DNA of 63,906 nt, counting the filler, from Xylographa opegraphella (taxonomy: Eukaryota): assembly GCA_022813865.1 (NCBI GenBank). It is 4 parts of 4 records of this genome, joined end to end, with 100 filler letters (N's around TTAATTAATTAA, not from the genome) between each part and the next. Parts side by side here need not be neighbours in the genome. Positions count along the whole stretch, not along the records: positions 49,011 to 63,906 come from JALDZX010000155.1; 3 more parts are not named here. One strand, 5' to 3'. Made by a program: the position numbers and the translations under genes. Of the stretch, positions 53,083-63,906 are shown piece after piece. A model generated the notes under the pieces. That model made no database searches and was not told the DNA's origin. It saw nothing but the letters and a program-made list of their open reading frames with translations. Every line of letters starts with the position of its first letter. Within the stretch, counting starts at the first letter, position 1.

Positions 53083-55629
53083 CTATACCCGACCTTCCTC
53101 AACAGCTGCCTTGATGCTTGCGAAGTATTTAGCCGGCCAAAGGGCGAGCTCTGCCTCACTGGGTATTCCCCGTTCCTGAATATTCTTAATGATGCTATGC
53201 TGTAGGCGAGCAATTAGTTCTTCACCCACAGGAACTGTTCCTGCAAGCCGAGCATCTGGGTGAAGAAATGGATCACTCTCTGCCAGAAGCTCTTCCACAG
53301 TAGGCCGTCTTACTAGGTTCCTGTTAAGGCAACTTCTCAATGTGATCACTAGCCCCGTGGGGACCAGTACACCGCCGACACCACGTTCCGGGTATTGAAT
53401 GACATGCCTAGGGTCTGGAATTGCCATGATACGCTGCATCGGCTTCTCAATATGAGCGAAAGGAGGCTTGCCATAGACCATCTGATACAGGATACAGCCA
53501 AGACTCCAGACATCACTGGGCTTCCCCAGTTTCATAATCTTTCCCACGGATGAGGGAAGACCGCTGGCAGCATTGGCGTCAATGAGCGCTTCTGGAGCCA
53601 TGTAATTCGGCGTCCCAATTTGTGACTCTCGATGGACATTCACAGTGTCGTCTTGAATGGCGTTGGCGATTCCAAAATCTATCAGCTTCAGCCGGCCTTG
53701 GACAAGAAGAAAGTTTGCTGGTTTGAGATCAGAATGGACAATGTCGTGTTGATGTACTGCCAGGACACATTCAAGCATTTCTTTCCAAAAATACCGAGTA
53801 AAGCTGATATCCAATTTCGCTTCGTCGGCGTTCAGCTGTGAGCTAAGCAGTCTGTTGAAATCGGATTCACCCATTTCCATCAAGATGCTAAGGGTCTGCC
53901 TTTCGTCATTGACTTCATAGTCAAACAATCGGATGACCCGTTCCACCTTCTCCAGTTTTCGTAAGAGTTCGATCTCGCCTTTGTAGCCACGAATAGCCAA
54001 CTCATCAATATTTTCCAAGGACACTCTTTTCAGGGCGAATATCTTGTAGTTTTCAGCCAATACTCGATAGACCTTTGCACTACCTCCTCTGCCAATGCAA
54101 TCCATCCGTGTGAACAGCTTCCCATTAACCGAGATATAATTCCGTTTCTTTTTGGACTGTGAAGCCGAGGCCGCACCTGCAGTGGCTGTGACTGTGTTTA
54201 GGACAGTCATTTTCGGAGGAGGTGGGGCAGGCCGATGTGGAGTATTTTGACTGCGAGCTGCTAGAGGTCTCCTGGATGGAGACACGGTGGCAGGGGTGTC
54301 ACCGAGCATCTTGTCCCCAAGGACAGATGAGTTAAGCAGTGGCTTCTCCAACAGGTCCAGTCCATTTGGCTTATTACGCCTGAAAGTTGGAGGTGGTTCA
54401 TTTTCTTGATCATGCCTCGATGGAAGTGTTGGTAGTGGTGGAACTTTAAATATCGGTTGAAGCCTTTTTGCCGAAGTGCTGTTTGAGTCACTAGAGCCTG
54501 GAGTGTATCGCGACTTTAGCAAGGGATTGCTGGTCTTAGGGTGTGATATCAGATCACTTTCGAAGGTTGGCGCAAGATCTTTGAGAGATGACTGAGACTG
54601 GCTTGCAAACCGAACATGATGATGATCATGATGTTCAGCTTCCGCTACTTGGGAGCCTCGTATTTTACCGGCTGAATCCTGAGATGTAACTAATGGTCGA
54701 TTCTCCTGTTTTTCCGGTTTATCGACTGATAATCCTCGATCAGATTGAGACGAGGCCGTATCTGGTACAGGGCTTTGATCCTCGTCGCTGTATCTCCGTA
54801 TCATGCCCCTTCTCGCAGGTCCACTGAGAAATGTACCAGCCACCTTTCCAACTCTTTTAATCCTGAGAGAGCCATGTGGCCCAGTGTCTTCCGCCTGCTT
54901 TCGATTAATTGTCAGGCTCTCCATATGTAGCGCTGTCTCCGGAGCAGCGCTTGAGTACTCCACTAAAATGCCACCATTGGGTATATTAGCGTTTGCTGCT
55001 TGCATCGTAGGCCTCTCAGCTGATTCAGTTGTGCCCGCCGAGCCAGAGCGAACGACATCTGTTACAGTCCTTCTTGGCCTGGGAGCCGGAGTTTCCAATT
55101 CTAACCTGGCTTTGAAGCCAACTGGGCTTTCGCCCTGAATGCTAGATGTAGATGCCGTCCTCCTCAGAGTTGCAGAACCAAGAGATCCACCGTTCAGTCG
55201 TACTATTCGAGGACTTCCCGATCGAATTGCAGCAGGAGATACATTCCTGACGTGAGTACCAGGTCGGAGCACCTGGGGTTTTGTGGGACCCAGTTGTAAC
55301 TCATTCCTGGATTGCAAGAATGAGCCGTTGACGAGACTTTTCCCTTTTGGTGGCGATGAAGCTCCCAGTGTGGACACTCTCACGCCTAACAACTCCTTGG
55401 CCTCGGCGCTCAAAAGAGGGGCCGAACCTTCATCATCAGAGCTATCTGTGACAGAGCTTCCCTTTGCCTTTGAATGGATGTCACTCCGCAACGTTGACAC
55501 TGCGGACAATGGTGACCTGCGCTTCAAATGAGGCCTCAATGGTTGATCTTGAAGGTGCTGGGATGTTGCTGTTCTCGCACGAAAGCCATCGTAAGTCGGT
55601 CCATATGGTGGCAATGACACTGCTGCCAT
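53083..55629 (-). CDS. MPS1: Spindle-checkpoint kinase Mps1/TTK
   Basis: IGRGGSAKVY, ALKRV, YKGEIELL, IVHSDLKPANFL, LIDFGIANAI, GTPNYMAPE after a long S/P-rich N-terminus. Confidence 0.93.
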   Translation of the reverse strand: MAAVSLPPYGPTYDGFRARTATSQHLQDQPLRPHLKRRSPLSAVSTLRSDIHSKAKGSSVTDSSDDEGSAPLLSAEAKELLGVRVSTLGASSPPKGKSLVNGSFLQSRNELQLGPTKPQVLRPGTHVRNVSPAAIRSGSPRIVRLNGGSLGSATLRRTASTSSIQGESPVGFKARLELETPAPRPRRTVTDVVRSGSAGTTESAERPTMQAANANIPNGGILVEYSSAAPETALHMESLTINRKQAEDTGPHGSLRIKRVGKVAGTFLSGPARRGMIRRYSDEDQSPVPDTASSQSDRGLSVDKPEKQENRPLVTSQDSAGKIRGSQVAEAEHHDHHHVRFASQSQSSLKDLAPTFESDLISHPKTSNPLLKSRYTPGSSDSNSTSAKRLQPIFKVPPLPTLPSRHDQENEPPPTFRRNKPNGLDLLEKPLLNSSVLGDKMLGDTPATVSPSRRPLAARSQNTPHRPAPPPPKMTVLNTVTATAGAASASQSKKKRNYISVNGKLFTRMDCIGRGGSAKVYRVLAENYKIFALKRVSLENIDELAIRGYKGEIELLRKLEKVERVIRLFDYEVNDERQTLSILMEMGESDFNRLLSSQLNADEAKLDISFTRYFWKEMLECVLAVHQHDIVHSDLKPANFLLVQGRLKLIDFGIANAIQDDTVNVHRESQIGTPNYMAPEALIDANAASGLPSSVGKIMKLGKPSDVWSLGCILYQMVYGKPPFAHIEKPMQRIMAIPDPRHVIQYPERGVGGVLVPTGLVITLRSCLNRNLVRRPTVEELLAESDPFLHPDARLAGTVPVGEELIARLQHSIIKNIQERGIPSEAELALWPAKYFASIKAAVEEGRV

Positions 55630-55906
55630 GTCATCTTCAGGCTATGTATGTGAGTCGTTCTAATTCATGCAGTTGGTTCTGCTCACACGGCAATTTCATG
55701 AAATTCATCGCGATAGAGCGCGATCATTATCGGCCGCACCCGAGGTCTTACGCTAGCGACTGGCCGGGCAACGGTCATGAAGCTCAAGAAGGCTGGCTAT
55801 TGGTTGGCAGTCAAGACAACCAGCACGCGCATCTGTGATCATACTGGCATCTTACTGAAGGCGAATGACTGAAGATTCATACAAGGTCGCGAAAGGGTCT
55901 GAGGTA

Positions 55907-57654
55907 TTATATACTTCCGTCATCATCGCAGCCCCATAGCTTTACAGTTCGATCATATCCACAACTCGTGATCCACTTCCCGTTCATACTTACGTCGACG
56001 CTCATTACATTACCAGAGTGCCCGCTCAATGTCTTCGCAAGGGCCCAGTCATCTGCAGAGAAGATGTTGACATTTTTATCATACCCGCTTGAAACGAAGA
56101 AAGTCCCTGATTTCTTCGGTATGCTTTCACCCTTTTCGTCTCTTGCAGGAGGTATTCCGGTTGTCGGGTTGTCAATTCCTTTGAACCAACGAAGATCCGA
56201 GACGGTACTTCGATGGGCGCCGACTCCACCGACACCACGAACCATTCGAACGTCCCAGCATTTGACCCAGCCGTCACCTGATCCAGAGAGTACTCGATGG
56301 CCGTCAACGCCCCAGTCCAAGGCGTAGATTTCTCGGATGTGACCGTCGAGTATCATGACTGTCCTTCCTGTGCGAAGGTCCCATATTCTACCAATGCTAT
56401 CAAGTCCCGCGCTTGCAAGTAGAGAGCCATCGGTATTGAAGCTTAGCGCAAAAACCTCTCTTGAGTGGCCTTCTTGGAGTTGAAGCTCTGTCGTAGTATT
56501 TATGTCCCAAAGTCTCCAAGTCGTGTCAAAGGATGCCGAGGCGAGGTACTTTCCAGAAGGATGGAATTCGACCCGACACACCCGTCCTGTGTGGCCTGAC
56601 AGAGTTGACAGTGGTGTATCTTGCGTAAGAGACCAAAGGTGAACATTCCCTTCTCCACCTCCGGAAGCAAGATTGACAGAGTCTTCGGAAACCGAGCTAC
56701 CAGGTTCCGTAGATCCTGGATACCAAGAAATCCCTCCGACACGATCTTTGTGTCCGCGTAGCAACGTCTTCTGCTCCAAGTTGGGAACGTCCAACAATCT
56801 TATCTGGCCCCCCCAATTGCCAGACGCAATGATCTCTCCGTTAGGGGAAAATCGCACAATGCTAACAGGCCTTTCTCCCGCAATCTGACTTCCAGCTAAT
56901 TCAAAAAGCTGCAATCGATCTTTGATGCCCTTACGGTGCTTAATATGGGTCCTCAGCGGAATTGTCGATTCTGTTTTCTGACTTGCGATTCTAGCTTTTG
57001 CCCGTGGCAACGAGTAACGCGCGATGGCTTTCCGGGCCTCAAGTAATTCTTGGATGCCTTCTGAATAGAACTCCTCGTCCTGACCCTCTTGTAGCGCAGA
57101 CTCTTGTCCTCCTTCCTGCATTCGCACATCTCCATCACCATCCGCATCCTGCTCCGCTTGTTCCGTCAAGAGTTCCCTCAACCGGTCGCGTCGATCTCCA
57201 GGTCCCTCACCGAATAGTGTTATAGGTTCTCCCAGTCCTCTCAGACGTGCCCTCACTTTTCCGTCATCGGTAGGCACAGCGATCTGTGCTGCTCTTCGCC
57301 GTCGTGAAAATTGTGAAAGAATCGCTGACGCTTTCTCGGGTGCTATACCTGCAGTGGCCGAGGGCATGAGATAATCACGATCAAGAGCTAGAGGAAGTCA
57401 AAGTCTGTTCAGGAAGTAGTAAAGCTATACCAACGGATGTTGTTTAAGTCCACTCCCATATCCGTATCCTAACCACAATCCATGCCTATCAGCTGGCGCT
57501 CTCTTAGACCTTCACAACTCCAGTCTTTCGAGCAGAGGGAAGTCCGCTGCTGATTGCCGTATAAACATTCTGTGCATGCAGAGACTTTTCAGAGCTTGGA
57601 CAGACTCACATCGGGCTCCTCCTCCATATACGCCTGTCTAGCTGGGTGCATCAT
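55907..57654 (-). CDS. PRP4: U4/U6 snRNP WD40 protein Prp4; two small 5' exons (57654-57610, about 57468-57435) before the main exon
   Basis: MMHPARQAY first exon; PRP4 motif VPTDDGKVRARLRGLGEPITLFGEGPGDRRDRLR; WD40 repeats. Confidence 0.92.
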
Positions 57655-58421
57655 CTTTATGGTACTGTCGTGGCTCAATTCTGGATATTCTGACAACCAC
57701 TGAAGTTGAACGTCACATACTCTAAGGTATGCAAGAAAGCTGTTGACCAAGACCTGCCTTATTTATCCTTTGAAAGCTACCACAAGGTAGGATCTAGGAC
57801 TATGCGACCTAGGTCATTTTGACACTAGCGCTCCCACCAACTATACTGTGTACCTAGTCTACCGGCCTACCTAGTACTTCGTACCTGGCGCAGTACGAAG
57901 CGTACGGAGAACTCTGATTAAGCAAATGGAATAATTGTTGAAAACTGATTCTCATACAAACAACATTTAAAACAGATTAAATTAACATTAGAAGCTATTG
58001 ATATTGGGTTTAGTTTATGTAGGACTTCCGATACTCGGCTACATTGTTGAGAACATCTTTGCACAACGACGTTAAAACCAATTCCTTACGACTTGACATA
58101 TCGCTCACACGTGGCGCATTTACGTCCGTATACTCGACCATATTCTCCACGTTTGGGAGATACTGGAACGCTACTGCGGTTCAGTCCGGGCGAAAACATG
58201 AACTGGACCGACAAAACTAAGAAAAGCTCTAGTGATGAGTCAAAGTAACGACTGTAATTCAGCTACAATGGTCAATGGCTTTTATGTATCTTACACAATA
58301 TTTAACATGATGGCAATCTGTTTTCAATGCAAGCAGTCCTGCGAGAAACACCCCTAGTTCGACTTCGGTCTACGATTTCTCCACCACTTTAATTCCTTTT
58401 AGACGACCCTCCTGTTGTTCC

Positions 58422-59159
58422 TCAAGAATTAGCAGGACATTTTTTTGAAGTATCTCTCCACTGCTGCTGTTTCCCTTCCCACACATTTACCTGGTGCTCG
58501 TGTCCGGCGTCGGTAGGACAGCCGCCCTCCTTAAGCGCCTTAGTGGCCCTTCTACGACCTGTGGCAACTCTGTGAGGAAATAAAATCGTCAGCTATACAG
58601 CGTGCCGGTGTGTGGAAGCAGAAGCAGAAGCTACGCGGACCACTTACTTTCCCGCAGCTTCTGCGAGAGCCGTTGCTGTTTTCCTGCTCGGTTTCTTGGA
58701 ATCCCAATGTTTACGTTCGTTCTCAAACGTAGTTTCGGCAGCCTTATATCCCGCGGTCTCTCTAGCTGCTCGCGCTTTACATTGTTCTTTACTCTGTACC
58801 GGCGAAGCCTCGGGGTATGCATAGGCGGCACGGCGGTAAAGGTCTTCGAGTGAGATCTCTGTGTCGGTATAGGGGAAGGCCTCTGCTTCGGCCTCGGCTT
58901 CAGCATAGGCTTCTGCTAAGACGTCTGCCTCGGCATAGCGTGCTTCGATGGCGCGTTTGACGTGGAAATTGAGGTCATTGCCGTTCTCGGCAAGAGAAGA
59001 AGCGTGGGCATTGTGAGGATAGCGAGCTCTCTCGTAGAACCGAGTATATACGTCAGCCTCGGCATCGGCGTCAGCATAGCGAGCATAAAGGCTCTCGGAC
59101 CTGGCAGAAATAAGAGTGGGAAGGAAAAGCAGAGTGGCGACCACAATTGAGTAATGCAT
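58422..59159 (-). CDS. Orphan secreted prepro-protein with X-Ala/X-Pro dipeptide repeats; exons 59159-58648 and 58569-58422
   Basis: Signal-peptide-like MHYSIVVATLLFLPTLISA; intron GTAAGT...GCTGAC...CAG gives an in-frame second exon ending CPANS*. Confidence 0.8.
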
Positions 59160-60519
59160 GATGGGACGACGATGGATTGAGATGTGTAGAAGATGCAATG
59201 GACTGTGTCTGAGGGCTGCTGGACTGAGTATTCAGAAGGTCTTGGTAGGATGGACTGTTATAAGTGATTTGGTTCCTCGACAACTGATCCGACTTCATCT
59301 CTTCTTATACGTTCGAGTTTGGGATGTGACATATAGAACATGGGTGGATACCAGTTCTGCTGAACCCGTTCAAGGGGTTCAGGGAGGAGCAGATTCTCCC
59401 AGGAACATGTTTGTATGCTCCTTCCTGTATAACCATACTGAGAAATGTGTCTCTTTAGGCGTCCTGAATCCTAGTCGTTCTTTGTTCAACCATCCGTTTA
59501 TTGTACCTCAGCCCCAATACTGCAACCCTTGTCCCGTTCATCCACGTCCAACCTTTCATTAGGCAGAGGAGGTATTGGAGGCGGACTTCCAAAAGCTCTC
59601 TCGTACTTCAATTGTGCTTTAGAAAGGCTTGGGGCACTGCCACCGGATCACGTTTGGGAGGAAGGTCTCTAAGCTCGAGGCTCCGTTGTAGTACACGCGA
59701 TGCAGAAATGATCTGGGTCGTGACTTAGGGGACCTTCCCGTGTGGAACCCTGCTAAATACAAACTGGAAGGATGTCATGGTCGTTAAGGCCCGCTAAGTT
59801 GTCCCATCAGCTCCTGTTGGTCATGAATTCTTCAATCGCGGCCTCAGGCTGGGAAGGATGCCGAAGGATCAAGTTGGTTCGAAGCCGTGCTGTGCCAAGT
59901 GCGCGTCTTCCAGTGTCAACCGATCAACCCTCCACAAGAATCATAACGGGATCCTTTATCATTATTTCTTGCCACCAAAAGTTGATGGTACCTTAACGGC
60001 ACTCAATACTCTAGAGGCCTCCAACCGTACTTACCTGCTACTCCTCCTAATGAAACACTCCTTTCGCACCCGAATCCTCACAGGAGCACCCTCGAGTCTT
60101 GCCATGAGTTTGCCATCAATTCCTCAAGCCTAGTCTTGCCCTCGTGTTGAGCCTCCAACATCTGCTGCGACGACAAAATTCTGCATGAAAGCCCTTACAG
60201 AATACTGATCACACAGATCGATCAATCCTGGCGGATCATGTTGCATGTTTCATCTTTGACCGGTTCCATTATTGCTGTTGCCTGAATCCGGCGGGTGCAT
60301 CGAGCTAGCTTCGTGTCTATGAGGACACTTTCAGCGCCGATACGTCGTGAAGAAGCCACTGGTAAAGATGAAAACAGCCAGAAGGTAGCAGAGCATTGGA
60401 AAATTGTAGCGTGAAGTCCGATATGCATCCTCTGCTCTAGCCCTGCCTGTTCCTCCTCTGTTGCAACCCTACCTATTCCTCCTCTGCTCTAACCCTACCT
60501 TTCGATCGATAATAAAGAT

Positions 60520-62107
60520 ATGGCGACACCGAATGCCTCTACCGCGGCTCATCGCGCTCTGGGACTTCCAGAGCTTCTTGCGTCTGTTCTTCGCTCTCAT
60601 CCTGAATCTGGCTCTCTCGGCTCTTGTATGCAAGTAAATTCTCTCTGGGCCCAGGAGACTGCAAAGATTCTTTGGCAGAAATGTGGTTACCATATGCAAG
60701 CCGTTGGAGACATACGAGCTCCGAAAATCCGTGATCTGGCTGCATTATCACGTCGGTCCGATCGACTCCAATGGTACGCCAACTGTATACACTCTTTATA
60801 CTTCAACATTGATGGTTTCTATCATGACGATGTGCTTCCAGCGGACTATGAGAATAGTGATGAAGCATGCTATCATTCTGCATTCACCAACGTCACTTTT
60901 CCACACCTCAAGAGCATCGATTTTTCTAGCTCCGATCAATGTTACCTCTACAACAGGACTTCCTTACTATTACAGTACTTGCAACCCAGCTTGAAGTCAT
61001 TTCAAGGATTTGGATATACTTGCAACGGCGGCGCTGATCTATCAGATCAATTTTTCTCTTTGATGAAGGTGCGGTGTTTTCATAGTGTAACGGAATCAAC
61101 CAGATTAGACTGACTCGTCGGTGTAGGATCGTTGTCAGTCATTAGAGGTTCTCGAACTTATGTTGGACACGAAACACCCAAGCAAAGATAGGCCTGTATC
61201 AAAAGAGGGCTTTGCACTCTTTCTAAAAGATATGAGACACCTCTCTACCCTTTCTTTAATCCGAGGCTTCGATGATGTGATGTCATCCGAATCATTCGGC
61301 CACATTGTCCAATATCAATATTTGACGAGCTTAAATCTGCCCGATATTCCCGAGCAGTGGATACAGGATCTCAAACCCAATAGGATTCCGCGGGGAGGGC
61401 TTTTACCTAACATCACTACTTTAAGCGCGGGTCTTTCGGATAGAGGACTTGAGCTACTCCTAGCTTACCTTAGGAACATAAAAAATCTCCAGATCCGTCC
61501 CTGTGGTCAGTTTGTCGATGCTTTTAGCATTATTGCAAGTGCTCAACTCGTCGATTTGGAACACCTCTCGCTCCGTGTCTCTCCCGATACCATCGTGCGA
61601 GGAGCAGACCTAATCCTATTGGCTAAAACAGCAAGAAGGCTGGAACAACTGCACATACCAGGGGACCCCGATGAGTCCAATGAACTTCCATATGCGATCA
61701 ACGTCACGGACGCAGTGATAGATGAGATGGCGAGCCATCTCACAAATGTGAAAGAGTTGTGCCTCAAGATGGAGGGAGCCTCGCTCACAGAAGCATCTTT
61801 GATCTCCCTTGGAAGCCAGTGCAAGCGTATTGAAAGTTGTTATATCTCCGCCAATATCTTCTTTGAAGAATTGGTTCGCAAGGGCCCCCCTAATTTGTTC
61901 CCATTCTTGGAAGAGCTATTCATCACTCAGCAAAGGTCAGACCGTCGTGAGCACACAGATGTTTCACAAACCGCAAAGCTTCTTCTACTAGTGTTTCCAA
62001 GACTTCAAGATCTGAATCAAGAGGCCGGAGACCTGAGCGATATGGACGATGATTTCATCAGTGTAGCCCAGACCGCTATTTTTATACGGAATCGCTCGCT
62101 ACTTTAG
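60520..62107 (+). CDS. F-box-like / RNI-LRR-like protein; intron 61069-61126
   Basis: N-terminal ALGLPELL...CMQVNSLW...ILW and repeated FPxLxxLxL patterns; intron joins the two ORFs in frame. Confidence 0.75.
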
Positions 62108-63844
62108 AGGTCTTGAGGATTTGCCTGAGGTGGAATCATGGGTATGACTGTGCCGTAGCAGTGATAGTAGATACTGGCTCATTAGCCTGCTGCAGAGCTA
62201 GGCTAGCACAGATCGCAAGAAATGGATATAGTCCTAGAACCAAACTGTCACCGAGCGTGAACTTTTCTTATCCAAGTTACGCGAGAATAAAGTCGTAATA
62301 AATCAAGATAACTGAAATATTTGTAATATTCAGTCTACAATTAAACACTGACAATTACATCAAGAAATTACTTTTAATTATTTTTAATTAGTTACAGATC
62401 CTGGATTCATTGTCAATTCTGAAATATGGAGACCTATTAAATGCCAAGAAGACACAAATCTACCCCGAGCTCACCCCGCTTTGGGACTCGGGTGAGCGCC
62501 GCTCTATCGTCGCGCGATACGGGTGAGCGTCGCGCGAGCATGGGTGATTCGGGTAACGCAACCCCTGCGTGTGCGCGAGCTGCTGCCTCACACAGCCACC
62601 TTCGCCCGGTACTCCTTTTGAGCAGGCAACGGACCAGTCAGGGGTACTAGGCTAGATCTCACGTGCGCTAGAAAACAGCTCTAGTCTAATACGATATGAT
62701 TTGCTTTTGATTTTGCGTAGTCTGGCGCAATACTAATCCGATCGGTCTCAAGCAGCTGGCTAAGGATTCCATATTCTCAATCTCGAGGGTCTGAGCATTT
62801 AAAATGTCGTAGTAGCGGGTTTCTACCCTCTTGACAAGCCCTCGCGGACCGAGCGTTTTCTGCACCACCAATCTAAACAGGGATGATGCACAGATATATT
62901 ATATGAACTTGCCTCTATTAAGAAGAACAGTCATCGCACAATAGGCATTGGGAACCTCCATTTTAATAGCAGCTACTAACGCTGTAATCATCCGATTGTT
63001 CAGAACAGGCTATCACGTTTGTATGAGCGGTGAACTACAACTCATGATATAGTGAACCAGAAGGCTATTGGTTACAGGACTGGCAGTTCTCTATATCTTT
63101 ATCGATCGATCCACCACTGCTTTCACTAAAACTGCGGGACGCGCAATGGTGCCCTCCGCCGTGAATACCGCGGGGAGTAACGCTGCCTAAATAGCAGCGG
63201 AACTCCAGCGTGCAACCAGAAACAAACGCCGCACGGAAAAAGCTGAGCAATATAACACTAATTATAACATCCTCTCCGAATCAGATGGGCCAGCAATGCC
63301 AGCCACGCCGAAAAAACAAACCTCTCGAAAAAAAAACGATCAAACATAAAAACGCCAGCTATAATTTTCTAATATTTTTTCTCGAAATGATCAAGGTAAT
63401 AAAAGTAGAAAAAGAAACACGCGCTGCTCGCACGGAAGAAAAAATAAAATAAATATTATAAAAAATAACAAGTTTGAAAGAAAAAGTTACAAAATTAAAA
63501 AAAAGTTTTATCAACCTCAGCAAGTCGAACCCAATAATAATAAATTATATTAGTATAGCAAAATTAAGGAATACATCTTTTTTTATAAAATTTAATTCTC
63601 GACTCTTTTTAATTAATTTAGCATCGATAAACCCGTCAAGCTTAGCATTAAAATATATTATATCGACTAGCATTGTTATCAATCTTTCGAACATTAAGGA
63701 TCAACTATTTAATATTAAAAATATAAAACCGATACGCTATCGCGTTAAAACCGCCCTAGTCGCTAATAAAAATATAATAAATATTTTTAATTGTCGTTTT
63801 AGCAAGAACGTGTTAAGGTTCAACCCAGCACCGGGTAGTTCGGG

Positions 63845-63906
63845 TGTAACGGCGTGTTACATGGCACCTTAACAAGTGATAGACGGAACGGGACTAAAGC
63901 GCGTCC
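63845..63906 (-). mobile_element. Family B LTR end (truncated by window end)
   Basis: Matches the first 62 bp of 11313-11543 and 28042-28272. Confidence 0.88.

Noticed and set aside
57880..57930. tRNA A-box-like tggcgcagtacgaagcg
   Set aside because: No acceptor stem, T-loop or B-box found
58170..58260. Hairpin followed by GTGATGA (box C-like)
   Set aside because: No suitably placed box D or terminal stem; probably the 3' region of the secreted-protein gene
49000..63906. Starship or other giant cargo element
   Set aside because: No tyrosine-recombinase captain visible, and the central genes are core housekeeping genes

Overview
Filamentous-ascomycete (Pezizomycotina-type) genomic scaffold with a two-compartment layout. 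About half is extremely AT-rich, RIP-ruined transposon DNA (1-12.7k, 13.5-17.8k, 21.7-24.0k, 26.3-39.9k, 47.8-48.9k, 63.3k-end). It contains three relic copies of one Ty3/gypsy element and about 20 short (about 170-360 bp) TG...CA solo-LTR-like inserts from at least seven families, many with perfect 5-bp target-site duplications and many almost untouched by RIP. The GC-balanced islands hold 15 genes, most with introns: PTH1, SDH4, a LAA2/DUF5102-like gene, PUT1, eL28, malate dehydrogenase, TRS33, SIZ1, a DUF2423 gene, a HET-domain gene, bL21m, MPS1, PRP4, an orphan secreted prepro-protein and an F-box/LRR-like gene. Three N-gaps carry artificial TTAATTAATTAA linkers, so adjacency across them is not guaranteed. 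Most notable: the RIP-evading mini-LTR population (including a triple nest that gives an insertion order), CpG-sparing RIP, a single-gene PTH1 island bracketed by inverted repeat copies, and a secreted protein with X-Ala/X-Pro dipeptide pro-repeats ahead of a basic mature domain. All family assignments come from motif recognition by eye, not database searches.
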